Source of the DNA: Octopus sinensis
Lineage: Eukaryota
Reading direction: 5' to 3'
Length of the DNA stretch: 64,000 nt
Assembly: GCF_006345805.1 (NCBI RefSeq)
Contig: NC_043001.1
Location: 15,934,001-15,998,000 of the forward strand
The notes beneath the pieces were generated by a model. The model did not search any database. It was not told where the DNA came from and was given only the letters and a program-made list of their open reading frames with translations. The translations under genes and the position numbers were made by a program. Shown piece after piece: positions 11,700 to 23,968 of the stretch; position 1 is the stretch's first letter; each line of letters begins with the position of its first letter.

Positions 11700-11913
11700 A
11701 TCCTTTCTACCATAGGCACAAGGCCTGAAATTTTGGAGGAGGAGACCAGTCGATTACATCGACCCCAGTGTTTCACTGGTACTTAATTTATCGACCCTGG
11801 AAGGATGAAAGGTAAAGTCAACCTCAGCACCATTTGAACTCAGAACGTAAAAACAGACGAAATACCACTAAGTCTTTCGCCCAGCGTGCTAACGATTCTG
11901 CCAGCTCGCCGCC
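11700..11913 (-). mobile_element. SINE family B, monomer with GGCCTTGTGCC-type tail
   Basis: Reverse complement of GGCGGCGAGCTGGCAGAATCGTTAGCACG...GAGTTCAAA...GGCCTTGTGCC. Confidence 0.88.
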
Positions 11914-12674
11914 TTAAAATAATCTTTTCTACTCTAGGCACAAGGCCGGAAATTTTGGAGGAGAGGACCAGTCAATTAAATCGACCCCAGTACGCAAATG
12001 GTACTTAATTTTCTCGACCACGAATGGATGAAAGGCAGAGTCAGCCTCAACGGAATTTGAACGTAAAGATAGACGAAAGCTCAGAGCAAATATTGCCACG
12101 TATTCTATCCAATGCGTTTACGCCTCGGTTTCCGTCTACCAAACTCAAACACAAACTATTGATTGGCCTAGAACTTATAGTAGACGACACTTGCCCAAGG
12201 TGCCGCGCTGTGGGACTGAACCCCAAACCATCTCGTAGCGACGTAAGCTTCTTAACCACACAGCCATACGCACGTAAGATATTACAGTCACGTAGAAGCG
12301 TCCTCTCTTACTCGTGCTCAATAAAGATTGATTGACGTTATGTATTTATGTAAGGCAAGCTACACACAATACGGGTTCAGACAGACATCGTGTCAGGTTT
12401 CCACATTTCCTCTCCTTCAGTCTGTTTCCTTTTATTCTTTTATTTTTACTGTGTAAGTGTTTACCTACCTACCTACCTACCTACCTACCTACCTACCTAC
12501 CTACCTACCTACATACCTACCTACCTACCTACATACCTACCTACCTACCTACCTTACCTACCTTACCTTACCTACCTTTCTATCAACCTACCTACATACC
12601 TACTTATCTAACTATGTCTCTCTCTCTCTCAATTTCTCTCTCTCTCTCTCTCTCTGTATTCTTTTCCTTCTTTT

Positions 12675-13071
12675 TTCTTCTTTTATTTGTTTCAGTCATT
12701 TTCACTGCGGCCATGCTGGAACACCGCATTTTAGTCGAACAAATCGAGCCCAGAGATTATTCTTTCTAAGCCTAGTACTTATTCTATCGGTCTCTTTTAC
12801 CGAGCCGCTAGCTACGAGGAACGTCAACACACCAACGTCGGTTGTCTAGCAATGGTGGGGGACACACACAGAAAAATTTACACACACACACATACACATA
12901 CGACGGGATTCTTTCAGTTTCCGCCTACCAAATCCACTGACAAGGCTTTGGTCGGCCCGAAGCTATAGTAGAAGTCACTTGCCCAAGGTGCCACGCAGTG
13001 GGACTGAACCCGGAACCATGTGGTTGGTAAGCAAGCTGCTTACCACACAGCCACTCCTGCACCTATATATA
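12675..13071 (-). mobile_element. SINE family A
   Basis: Matches the family A pattern. Confidence 0.93.
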
Positions 13072-13296
13072 GATTCTTTTCATCCTTTACTTATTTCTGT
13101 TATTAGTCGGCGGCCATGCTGGGGCATCTGTCTGAAGGGTTTTAGTCGAACAAATCAACCCCACTACTTAATTTTAATCCTGGCATTCATTTCTATCAAT
13201 CTCGTTTGCCGAATCCCTAAGTTACGGGAACGTAAACATTTTGGCACCTTTAGTATATTGGTCAGGTATTGTTTAATTATTATTATATATTCAATA

Positions 13297-13515
13297 AGGC
13301 GGCGGGCTGGCAGAATCGTTAGCACGCCGGGCAAAATACTTAAGCGGTATTTCGCCTGTCTTCGCGTTCTGAGTTCAAATTCCGCCGAGGTCGACTTTGC
13401 CTTTTATCCTTTCGGGGTCGATAAATTAAGTACGAGTGAAACATTAAGGTCGAAGTAATCGACTGGTCCCCTACCTCCAAATTTCAGGCCCTGCGCCTAT
13501 AGTAGAAAGGATTAT
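13297..13515 (+). mobile_element. SINE family B monomer
   Basis: GGCGGCGGGCTGGCAGAATCGTTAGCACG head, B-box GAGTTCAAATTC and (ATT)n end. Confidence 0.9.
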
Positions 13516-13579
13516 TATATATTCAAGGGGTAAAATGCACAGACACAGACAGACCGACAGACACCCCACGCACATACAC

Positions 13580-13738
13580 ATACGACGGGCTTCTTTCAAT
13601 TTCCGTCTACCAAATCCACTCACAAGGCTTTGGTCAGCCCGAGGCTATTGTAAAAGACACTTGCCCAAGGTTCCATGTAGTGGGACTGAACTCGGAACCA
13701 TGTGGTTGGTTATGCAAGCTACTTACCACACAGCCATG
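13580..13738 (-). mobile_element. SINE family A, 5' part
   Basis: Matches the family A head. Confidence 0.88.
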
Positions 13739-13814
13739 GCTTTGAACCCAGAACCATGTGGCTGTGAAGCAAGCTTCTTACTACACAACCTCCCCTGCAC
13801 CTATATATATATAT

Positions 13815-15340
13815 CCCCAAAATCCACAAACCCAACAACCCTGGCCGCCCCATCGTCTCCGCGGAGCTCATCTCTAAATACCTCGACCGTGTCCTTGTAC
13901 CCCTAGTGGCATCTCTTTCCTCCCACATCCACGATACCAACCATGCTCTCCGGCTTTTCAACTCTTTCTCCTTTCCTCCCGGCTCCTCAAAATCCTTTTT
14001 ACTATGGACATCCAAGCCTCTATACTGTTATCCCTCACCACGAAGGACTGCAGGCCCTTCGACACTTTCTTGACCTCCGCTCTAACCCTGTACCTGACAC
14101 CTCCACACTCATTCGTCTGGCCGAACTTGTCCTTACTCTGAACTGCTTCTCGTTCGCGGGCGAGTTCTGCCATCAGGTCTCGGGAGTGGCCATGGGAACG
14201 CGAATGGGCCCCAACTATGCGAACCTGTTCATTGGCTATGTTGAGGCCCAAATATTCTCTAATTTCACTGGTCCCACTCCTGAACTATATGGTCGTTACA
14301 TTGACGACATTATCGGTGCCACCTCACTCTCCCGTGAACATCTAGGTTCCTTCCTCTCTTTCGTCCAATCTTTCCATCCAGCCCTCCACTTCACTTCCAC
14401 TATCTCCAACACCTCTGTCTCCTTCCTCGACATTTCGGTTAGCATTCTTCACTCCACTCTTACCACCTCATTCACTACAAACACACAGACTCACATTCAT
14501 ACCTCAACTTCTCTTCCTCCCACCCAGAACACACCAAGCTTTCCATCCCCTATTCCCAATTTCTCCGTCTACGTAGGCTCTGTAGTGACGACCATGACTT
14601 TGAGACTCAGTCTCAACGTATGGCTCACCACTTCACCCTACGTGGATACCCCCTCACCACTATCCACACCGCCCTGCCAGAGCACGGTCCGTGGACCGTG
14701 TATCCTCTCTCCCCGAACCCGCCCTGTAGTCTCCCGCCTCCCTTTTCCTTCACTTACCACCCCACGACCCTACCTCTCCAACGCACCATTCTTCGAGCTT
14801 TCCGTCATCTCCAGTCCGACCCGTCCACTTCACACCTCTTCCCTAACCGACCCCTCCCTCTTTCAAACGAGCCCACAACCTTCGAGACCTTTTGGTCCAT
14901 AGCTCCTTCCCTGACCCTACCTCCCAACCCGGCTCGTTCCCCTGCTCCCGCCCACGTTGCCGCACTTGCCCTTACCTCTCCAACACCACCCGCCTCACTA
15001 GCACCCACCATCGACCCTATCCCATCATCCACTCCTTCACCTGCACCTCCAGCAATATTATCTATTGCGTCTCTTGCTCTCTCTGCAATTCCTTGTACAT
15101 CGGACAAACGGGACGCCGCTTGGCTGACCGGTTCGCGGAACACCTTCGTGACATCCACCTTGCGAACGACACACCGGTCTCACGCCATTTCCGCTCCACC
15201 GGTCACTCCTTGCAACACCTATCTGTGTTCGGTTTGTCCTTACACAGAGGCCATCCGGATTCCCGTTTGCGCCGTGAATAGGAATTAATTCTCTCTTCGC
15301 TCTTATACGCCATTTGGTCTCACTCTCCCCCCTCCTCATC
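13815..15340 (+). mobile_element. Penelope-like retroelement (Neptune-like), 5'-truncated and frameshifted: RT plus C-terminal GIY-YIG endonuclease
   Basis: PKIHKPNNPGRPIVS; QVSGVAMGTRMGPNYANLF; YGRYIDDIIG; VSFLDI; Cys linker PCSRPRCRTC; NIIYCVSCSLCNSLYIGQTGRRLADRFAEH (ORF 14892-15281). Confidence 0.93.
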
Positions 15341-15560
15341 TAACCCCCTCTCCCCCTCCTCACCTATCCTTCCCCCCCGACCCCTACTTCTTCAGTCCTT
15401 CATCCTTTCACCCCTACCCTCCCTCTCCCCCCCCTCTCCCTCCTCTTTCTCCTCCCTCCTTCCCTCTTCCCCTTCGCTCTGCTCCCTCACTCCCCTTCAC
15501 TCTCCCCCTCCCCCTCCCCCTCCCCCTCTTTCCTCCTTCCTCCCCCCTCTTCCTCCGTCA
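15340..15560. repeat. C/T-rich low-complexity tract between the two PLEs
   Basis: Directly visible. Confidence 0.85.
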
Positions 15561-15574
15561 GGTTAGTGTCTATA

Positions 15575-17010
15575 GTTATACTAAGTCCGAAGTGTTTCAT
15601 TATCTGGATAATATCCTTCCTAAAACGATCTTGTAGACTGGTTTAAAGCTATTAAGAATAAGAAAAAAGCGAGGTTTACACAATTCGATATTGTTGATTT
15701 TTATGCCTCTATCTCTAAAGAACTGCTAGATAAAGCCCTAATCTTCGCTAGTGACTTCATAGAAATTAGTACCAATGATAAGGATATAATCTTCCATGCT
15801 AGAAAGACATTACTTTTCAGTGAGAATGCAAAGTGGGTAAAAAACACCGACACGGAGGGCGCTTTCGATGTGAGCATGGGTTCATATGATGGGGCAGGCA
15901 TCTGTGATCTAATTGGACTCTTTCTCCTAGATACCTTCGGTAAGACATTCCCTAACGTACATTTCGCCATCTACAAAGATGATGCCCTCGCCTTAACAGC
16001 TAATACAAATGTACCAGCACAAGATCGTTTTAGGAAGGATATTATCCAGATAATGAAACACTTCGGACTTAGTATAACTATAGACACTACCTGACGGTTG
16101 TCAATACTTAGACGTTTCCTTAGATCTTAATAATAATATTTATAAGCCTTATAGGAAGCCCAATGATAGACTAAGTTATATTAATGTAGGTTCATGCCAT
16201 CCCCCTATAGTATTCAAAAATTTAGTTAAAAATATTAGTAAGAGGATTTCTAGCCTCTCATCTAATGAGGACATCTTCAATAGCGTTGCCCCAGTTTATA
16301 ATAAAGCTTTAAAAGATAGTGGTTTTAGCGAAAAAAAATAAATATAAACCATCCAGCCCAACAGTAAGGAAAAGGAATAATAGAAATAGGAAGGTCATCT
16401 GGTTTACGCCCCCTTACTCACCCGAGGTGGCTTCAATATGGTAAATATTTCCTAGCACTGATAGATAGACATTTTCCAGTTAACCTGCTTATAGGAAACT
16501 CTTCAATAGACACAATTTAAAAATTAGTTTTAGTTCAACTACCAATTTTAAAAAATAATCAATCATAACATACAAAAAAAAAACACAAGAAGAAAACAGC
16601 TGTTCATGCAGGAAAAGAATTGTGCCCGCTAAATGGAGCTTGCATGTCCAAGACCATCATATATGAAGCTACCGTAAACTCTATAACCACTAAAGACACC
16701 GTTTTTCGACGAAGAAATACGTGGGCCTGACAGAGGGTAATTTCAAGGCCAGGTTCAATAACCACACTTTGAGCTTTAGGCACTGGAACAAAAGAAAAGC
16801 GACACAATTATCCATCATATTTGGTCTTTAAGAGATAAAGGTGTCGATTATAACATACAATGGAAGATTTTGGCCAGATGTAAGCCCTACACTAACGGCA
16901 GCGGAAGGTGCGGTTTAGCGACATGGAGAGATGGCTTATCTGGAAAAGCAGCTTAGACCCTACCACATGTCTAAATACAAGGACAGAGCTTTTCGGATCA
17001 TGCCACATGT
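15575..17010 (+). mobile_element. Second, divergent Penelope-like retroelement, disrupted RT plus GIY-YIG
   Basis: Hand translation of the frame from about 15627 gives TQFDIVDFYASI...FDVSMGSYDGAGICDLIGLFLL...AIYKDDALAL; downstream CPLNGACMSKTIIYEATV and GLTEGNFKARFNNHTLSFRH. Confidence 0.9.
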
Positions 17011-17251
17011 GACTAAATTTCTGTTACGTTTTTGGTCCCCTAAAGAAAACGGATAGAACATGCTTTCTGTGTTATGTCCCAAGAAGATTTTATATATTTT
17101 TATATATTTTTATATATTTTTATGTTTTATATAATTTTTATGACGAAAAATGCGAGCGATGTAAAGCAAGCAGGCAAAGCAAGCAGAGTTATAACAGAGT
17201 AATTTCCCTTCATTTTTAACGGTATTTTTTCATAACGTTTTCAAATAGCCA

Positions 17252-17312
17252 GATAACCGAAGAGATGGTGTTGTGGATTTCCACTTCGGCATCTGAAACT
17301 CAGAGTTTTATC
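17252..17312 (+). ncRNA. Type I hammerhead-like motif in the 3' region of the second PLE
   Basis: GATAA-CCGAAGA-GATG...CATC-T-GAAA-CTC-A-GAG-T-T-TTATC. Stems I, II and III are all complementary; the core has C instead of U at position 4. Confidence 0.62.
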
Positions 17313-17480
17313 TTGACTACCGAGTAATGTAACATATTGTATAGATAAATTTCCTCTATTTACATAATATTGAGGTCTCTTTCTTTCTTTTGTTATCTTA
17401 CCGTTTTATCAATATATATATATATATATATATATATAAGATACATTGAAAATGGGTTATATACAGTTATTTATATATGA

Positions 17481-17742
17481 TAGGCTCACAGCTGTTTCAG
17501 GTATAAGTTTGGGTGCGTTCATGGTTCAATCTTATCAATCTGTCGATTGATCGACTGAATATATAGGGAACCGGTAGCTCAAATCTATCTTCTGTTTCTT
17601 TGATAGTAAAATTGTTTTTGGTTCTGTTGAAGATAGCTTTAAGCCAGTGTTTCCCTTCATTTTCCATCGACCAATCGACTGATTGATAAGAATGAAACAT
17701 AAACGCAAACAAACATGTATCTGAAACAGCTGTAAGCCTATA
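17481..17742. repeat. Inverted repeat, arms of about 75 bp around a spacer of about 110 bp
   Basis: taggctcacagctgtttcagg...gattgatcga (17481-17555) versus tcgaccaatcgac...ctgaaacagctgtaagccta (about 17667-17742). Confidence 0.8.
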
Positions 17743-17956
17743 ATATATAGAACTAAATGTATATTGCCCATTATTTCTGTCAAGTTGTATGCATGACTCT
17801 GTAAAAACGTATAATCTAAACTGGATATTGGAACCATAGATTTACAGATTTGACTTGCGGTGTACTCTGATTCGGATTACCTGATGTACAAGAACGATCA
17901 TAGGTCTTTCTTGTAAGCCGGGTGCATTTTTATCTACAGAGAACTTAATAAGTATT

Positions 17957-18117
17957 GGCAAGGAGTGGCTGTGTGGTAAGTAGCTTCCTTACGAACCACA
18001 TGGTTCCGGGTTCAGTCCCACTGCGTGGCATCTTAGGCAAGTGTCTTCTATAGCCTCGGGCCGACCAGAGCCCTGTGAGTGGATTTGGTAGACGGAAACT
18101 GAAAGAAGCCCGTCATA

Positions 18118-18168
<51 letters not shown>

Positions 18169-18365
18169 TTTTCCCCCCCAACATCGCTTGACAACCGATG
18201 TTGGTGTGTTTACGTCCCCGTAACTTAGCGGTTCGGCAAAAGAGACCGATAGAATAAGTACTAGGCTTACAAAAAATAAGTCCTGGGGCAAATTTGCTCG
18301 ACTAAAAGGCGGTGCTCCAGCATGGCCACAGACAAATGGCTGAAACAAGTAAAAGAGTAAAAGAG
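17957..18365 (+). mobile_element. SINE family A
   Basis: Matches the family A pattern. Confidence 0.95.
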
Positions 18366-18398
18366 AGTAATCATTTATTAATCCGCCCTTCTTTCGAT

Positions 18399-18439
<41 letters not shown>

Positions 18440-18758
18440 CACACACATACACAAACGCATACATACTCTCTCTTTTACACACACACACAATCACGCACCC
18501 CCACAAACACAGATACTCACTCACATATTTTCCCTTTCACATATTGAGGTACAAGCGCTAACCACTTATCAAGATGGACGTTCATTTATATCTTCGCAAT
18601 TGTAGCTGCAAGTTAAGCAAACGAAATTGTACGAGAGTTTAATGAGCGTCACAAATTATCAACATTCATCGTATGCAAATGTGTTTATGTGAAGATGAAT
18701 ATATATATATACAAGAAGAATATACATACATACATATAGATATATATACAGATATATG

Positions 18759-18792
<34 letters not shown>

Positions 18793-18880
18793 AGAGTGAG
18801 TATATGTATATATATATGCACATATAATATATATATATATATAAATATATATATGCATATACATATATGTATTATATATA

Positions 18881-18912
<32 letters not shown>

Positions 18913-18959
18913 TATATGCATATATGTGTGCGTGTGTGGTATATATATGTATGTATATT

Positions 18960-19589
18960 GGGAAGATAATCTTTCGATATGAATATAATTAACTCTAGGT
19001 GGTGCACCTGAGATAACCCTCTTCAATACTCGACTTTTTTAAAATCTAATTTAGATTCAGTTTCGAAGTTAAATTGACATTTTGGTTTTTCCTGTTCGCT
19101 TGTGGCAACGAAGTCTATAATAAAGCCATTTAATTTTTTCCTTCTAAACGAGACCATCTGCATCATCCTGATGTGTTCGTGGCCCTTTGAATGATATTCA
19201 TATAAGGCAGGTGGGGTCAGCGTGACATTAGGTAAAGTACGGTAATGAGTAAGACAGGAAGCAGGGTTTTGGGTTGGCTGAATCAAGCATGATGGGTAAT
19301 CAGGAAATCGCCATGTTCGTAATTCAATTGAATGCATCCCTCACAATTTAACTTCCCCTTGCAGATTCTGGCATAATGTTGTACTGGGTCAGCTCCTTAA
19401 ATATTCCCCCTTTTTATTGTTTATTGCTTCGCTATTTGTCTTTGAACCCGCATAAATTAGATCAGCCTTTCTGCTAATAAACCATCTTTGTGCATTCACC
19501 TCATACTTTTTCCGCCCTTGTTCAAGCAAAACTCCTCCCACATTTACCGAGAAACCAAAGTTTTTGTTTTCCTCCGGAAATACCTTCAC
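18960..19589 (-). pseudogene. Unidentified decayed reading frame, about 210 codons interrupted only by three TGA codons
   Basis: ORFs 19389-19589 and 19023-19337 share a frame. Hand translation shows TGA at 19391-19389, 19343-19341 and 19025-19023 and no TAA or TAG. Confidence 0.4.
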
Positions 19590-20337
19590 TTGTGGTTATC
19601 TTACGTCCAAAGTGGCATAGTGGTTAGGACATCGAACTCGCGATCTTAAGATTGTAGTTTCGATTCCTGGACTGGTCGACACGTTGTGTTCCCGAGCAAA
19701 ACACTTTCTCTCACGTTGCTCCATTCCAATCAACTGGCAATTATGAGTAATGGTGTGACAGGCCGCAATTTTTTTTCCCACGAGAGTTCTGGACCCCAGT
19801 TATGAACTCATTTGCATACAGCCAATCAGAGAACCTTCACTTGTGTTTATCTTACGTCCAAAGTGGCATAGTGGTTAGGACATCGAACTCGCGATCTTAA
19901 GATTGTGGTTTCGATTCCTGGACTGGTCGACACGTTGTGCTCCCGAGCAAAGAACTTTCTTTCACGTTGCTCCATTCCACTCAACTGGCAAAATGAGTAA
20001 TGGTGCGACGGGCCGCAAAATTTTTTTCCCACGAGAGTTCTGGACCCCAGTTATGAACTCATTTGCATACAGCCAATCAGAGAACCTTCACATGTGTTTA
20101 TCTTACGTCCAAAGTGGCATAGTGGTTAGGATATCGACCTCACGATCTTACGATTGTGGTTTCGATTCCTGGACTGGTCGACACGTTGTGCTCCCGAGCA
20201 AAGCACTTTCTTTCACGTTGCTCCATTCCACTCAACTGGCAAAAATGAGTAATGGTGTGACAGGCCGCAATTTTTTTTTTTCCCACGAGAGTTCTGGACA
20301 CCAGTTATGAACTCATTTGCATACAGCCAATCAGAGA
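19583..20337 (+). repeat. Three tandem 251-bp units, each a family D SINE head/core plus a flank containing ATTTGCAT and CCAAT
   Basis: Period fixed by the repeated ORFs at 19596 and 19847; ATTTGCAT at 19810, 20061 and 20315. Confidence 0.93.
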
Positions 20338-20344
20338 TCAACTA

Positions 20345-20465
20345 TCAAACTAATTTATGAGGTCTTCGAAGATCTTCCCGGGGACACAGCGAGTAGAGCG
20401 TCCGTCAGGTTCTGGAGCCATCTTTAGGCCGTGGTGGAAGCTGGGGGCGGCTACTTTGAATAAAC
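20345..20465 (+). mobile_element. Tc1/maT-like transposase C-terminal fragment
   Basis: Translates to RASVRFWSHL*AVVEAGGGYFE*, resembling the typical end of Tc1-superfamily transposases. Confidence 0.65.
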
Positions 20466-20804
20466 TGTTATTTGTCAGCCATAATCTAATGGCTATTTTT
20501 TGATTTTTTATAATACTTTAATTATTGGATGGGCTATTGTGTCGTTCCCCTTTGCCAACTGTCAAAATTATCCCAAACACCCTTTATAAATGTTGATATA
20601 TAGTAATTTTGTGTTGTCAATATAAATAAGCCCCATTCTCTAATCTCTTTTTTATTATGCATAATCCTTTCTGCCCGAGGCACAAAGCCAGACATTTCTT
20701 GGGTGGGGAAAGTCGAATACAACGTCCCCAGGGCCTGACTGGTACTTATTTTATTGACATCAATCTTCTCGTCTATTTAACGGCCTCCCGTTTCTATTTT
20801 ATTT

Positions 20805-21793
20805 CTTATTTCTTTATTGCCCACAAGGGGCTAAACATAGAGGGGACAAACAAAAGGATTAAGTCGATTACATCGACCTCAGTGCGTAACTGGTACTTAA
20901 TTTATCGACCCCGAAAGGATGAAAGGCAAAGTCAACCTCGGCGGAATTGAACTCAGAACGTAACGGCAGACGAAATACCTATTTCTTTACTACCCACAAG
21001 GGGCTAAACACAGAGAGGACAAACAAGGACAAACACACGGATTAAGTCGATTCTATCGACCCCAGTGCGTAACTGGTACTTATTTAGTCGACCCCGAAAG
21101 GATGAAAAGCAAAGTCGACCTCGGCGGAATTTGAACTCAGAACGTAGCGGCAGACGAAATACCTATTTCTTTACTACCCACAAGGGGCTAAACACAGAGG
21201 GGACAAACAAGAACAGACAAAGGCGCAGGAGTGGCTGTGTGGTAAGTAGCTTGTCTACCAACCACATGGTTCCGGGTTCAGTCCCACTGCGTGGCACCTT
21301 GGGCAAGTGTCTTCTACTATAGCCTCGGGCCGACCAAAGCCTTGTGAGTGGATTTGGTAGACGGAAACTGAAAGAATCCCGTCGTATATATGTATATATA
21401 TATATATGCGTGTGTGTTTGTGTGTCTGTTTGTCCCCTAGCATTGCTTGACAACCGATGCAGGTGTGTTTATGTCCCCGTTACTTAGCGGTTCGGCAAAA
21501 GAGATCGATGGAATAAGTACTGGGCTTACAAAAGAATAAGTACCGGGGTAGAGTTGCTCGATTAAAGGCGGTGCTCCAGCATGGCCGCAGTCAAATGACT
21601 GAAACAAGTAAAAGAGTAAAGGGATTAAGTCGATTACATCGACCCGAGTGCGTAACTGGTATTTAATTCATGGACCCCGAAAGGATAAAAGGCAAAGTCG
21701 ACCTCGGCGGAATTTGAACTCAGAACGTAACGGCAGATGGAATACGGCTACGCATTTCGCCCGGCGTGCTAACATTTCTGCCAGCTCGCCGCC
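20805..21793 (-). mobile_element. SINE family B head-to-tail multimer, interrupted by a family A SINE
   Basis: Junction CGAAATACC|TATTTCTTT at 20979/20980 and 21163/21164; head at about 21793. Confidence 0.9.
21221..21620 (+). mobile_element. SINE family A nested in the family B array
   Basis: Inserted at cagacaaag|ggattaag of the B unit. Confidence 0.93.
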
Positions 21794-21909
21794 CCGCGAT
21801 TTAACGGCCTCGCCATTCTATCTTGAATAATGATTGGCTAGCCATTATTGGGATCAATCGTAGTATGAAACTTGGTAGCTCTTAAGTCAGAAAAACACAT
21901 TGCAGTCAA

Positions 21910-21988
<79 letters not shown>

Positions 21989-21989
21989 G

Positions 21990-22212
21990 TTCCCCCCCCT
22001 TTTTCATTTCTCTTTTCTTTTGTTCCTTTTCCTTTTTTTTCAATTTTTTGTTCTTTTTTTCCCTTTTACGATCCCTTTTGATCGAAAACCTACGCCACCT
22101 TTTTTTGTTTCCTTTGTTTTTTGTTTTTTGTTTTTTTCATCCCCCAAAAGAAAAGCTCTACCTTGTAACTTGTCCCATCTGTGTGCAGCCCTGTGTGGCC
22201 AATAAAGAAACT
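21990..22212 (+). mobile_element. Probable LINE 3' tail fragment
   Basis: T-rich stretch ending GCAGCCCTGTGTGGCCAATAAAGAAAC followed by (TATC)n; resembles the family B tail. Confidence 0.45.
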
Positions 22213-22258
22213 TATCTATCTATCTGTCTGTCTGTCTGTCTATCTGTCTCTCTGCCTG

Positions 22259-22337
<79 letters not shown>

Positions 22338-22376
22338 CTGCTAGCTAATTATTCTCTCAATAGACATTCGTACCTT

Positions 22377-22409
<33 letters not shown>

Positions 22410-22796
22410 CTCTCTCCTCCGCCATCTCTCTCCCCCTCCATCTTCCTCCCTGTCAATCATTCTTCACTGCTTTCTTATCAATTATTCATCAGTTCGTCAT
22501 TCTTATTCTCCATCACAATCCCCACCTCACACACGTTTCCCCTCCTTATTACGTAACATATCTCACTCACAAAACCCGCTCAAACATGCATTATACGTGT
22601 CTTTAACACATGTAGCCACACACACACGCATACGCCCCACCACTCTCTCTCTCTCTCACACACACACACGCATCCTCACACATATGCACATACACAGATG
22701 TAAGCACATACACACGTGTGTGCGCATGAGCATGCACAAATATATACACATATGTGTATGTATATAGGTGTGTGTTTATATATGTGTGTATGTATA

Positions 22797-23190
22797 TACT
22801 CTTTACTCTTTTACTTGTTTCAGTCATTTGACTGCGGCCATGCTGGAGCACCGCCTTTAGTCGAGCAAATCGAACCCGGGACTTATTCTTTGTAAGCCCA
22901 GTACTTATTTTATCGGTCTCTTTTGCCGAACCGCTAAGTGACGGGGACGTAAACACACCAGCATCGGTTGTCAAGCAATGCTACGGGGACAAAGACAGAC
23001 ACACAAACACGTACACACACATATATATATATATAACATATATACGACAGGTTTCTTTCAGTTTCCGTCTACCAAATTCACTCACAAAGCATTGGTCGAC
23101 CCGGGGCTATAGCAGTAGACACTTGCCCAAGATGCCACGCAGTAGGACTGAACCCGGAACCATGTGGTTGGTTAGCAAGCTACTTACCAC
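22797..23190 (-). mobile_element. SINE family A
   Basis: Matches the family A pattern. Confidence 0.95.
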
Positions 23191-23447
23191 ACAGCCACTG
23201 CTTATATATGTATAAATATATTCGACTTTAATGGCTGAAACGAATAAAAGAAAGGGAGAATGTTTGTGCGTGTGTGTGTATGTGTGTATGTGTGTGTGTC
23301 TATGTATGTATCTGTGTGGTGCTCCAGCTTGGCTGTAGTCAAATGTCTGAAACAAATAAAAGAATACATATACATATACGTATATATACACAGAGAGCGA
23401 GAGGGAGGTATGCATGCACACGCACACACACACACACCACACACACA

Positions 23448-23536
<89 letters not shown>

Positions 23537-23968
23537 GCTGAAGCGTTTCTCAGCTCAAAATCCCGTGAAAAAAGAACGCCGAGAAGTAAATTCGGTGTCA
23601 AATTTTGCAGAGCAAGAGTGACGTTTCCGGTTTGTGATCATCGGGCAATATTTGATCCGGAGACAATGACATTTGTATCGAGGTCCAAACCGAGACTAAG
23701 TCTTTCACTGCAGGTCACTTTCGTTAATATTATCACTGATCACAATTTAGATTACTTCCACTAACACTATTATAACCCCATGACCATTCACGTTACCCGC
23801 TTAGCTTCCCGTAAGGAATTTTGGATCATATGTTAACCCTTTGCCCGTCCAAAGCATTTTCATAATTTTATCCTAAACGCCCATACTTGTTTTCAAATTT
23901 TCGGTTTAGCCCCCCCCCCCGCTTCGTACGTTCTCGGTAATATGATGCTTTCTATGTATAAATCCCAA

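Noticed and set aside
19583-20337. CRISPR-like array (also the family B multimers)
   Set aside because: Whole units of 185-251 bp repeat with no unique spacers, in a eukaryotic context.
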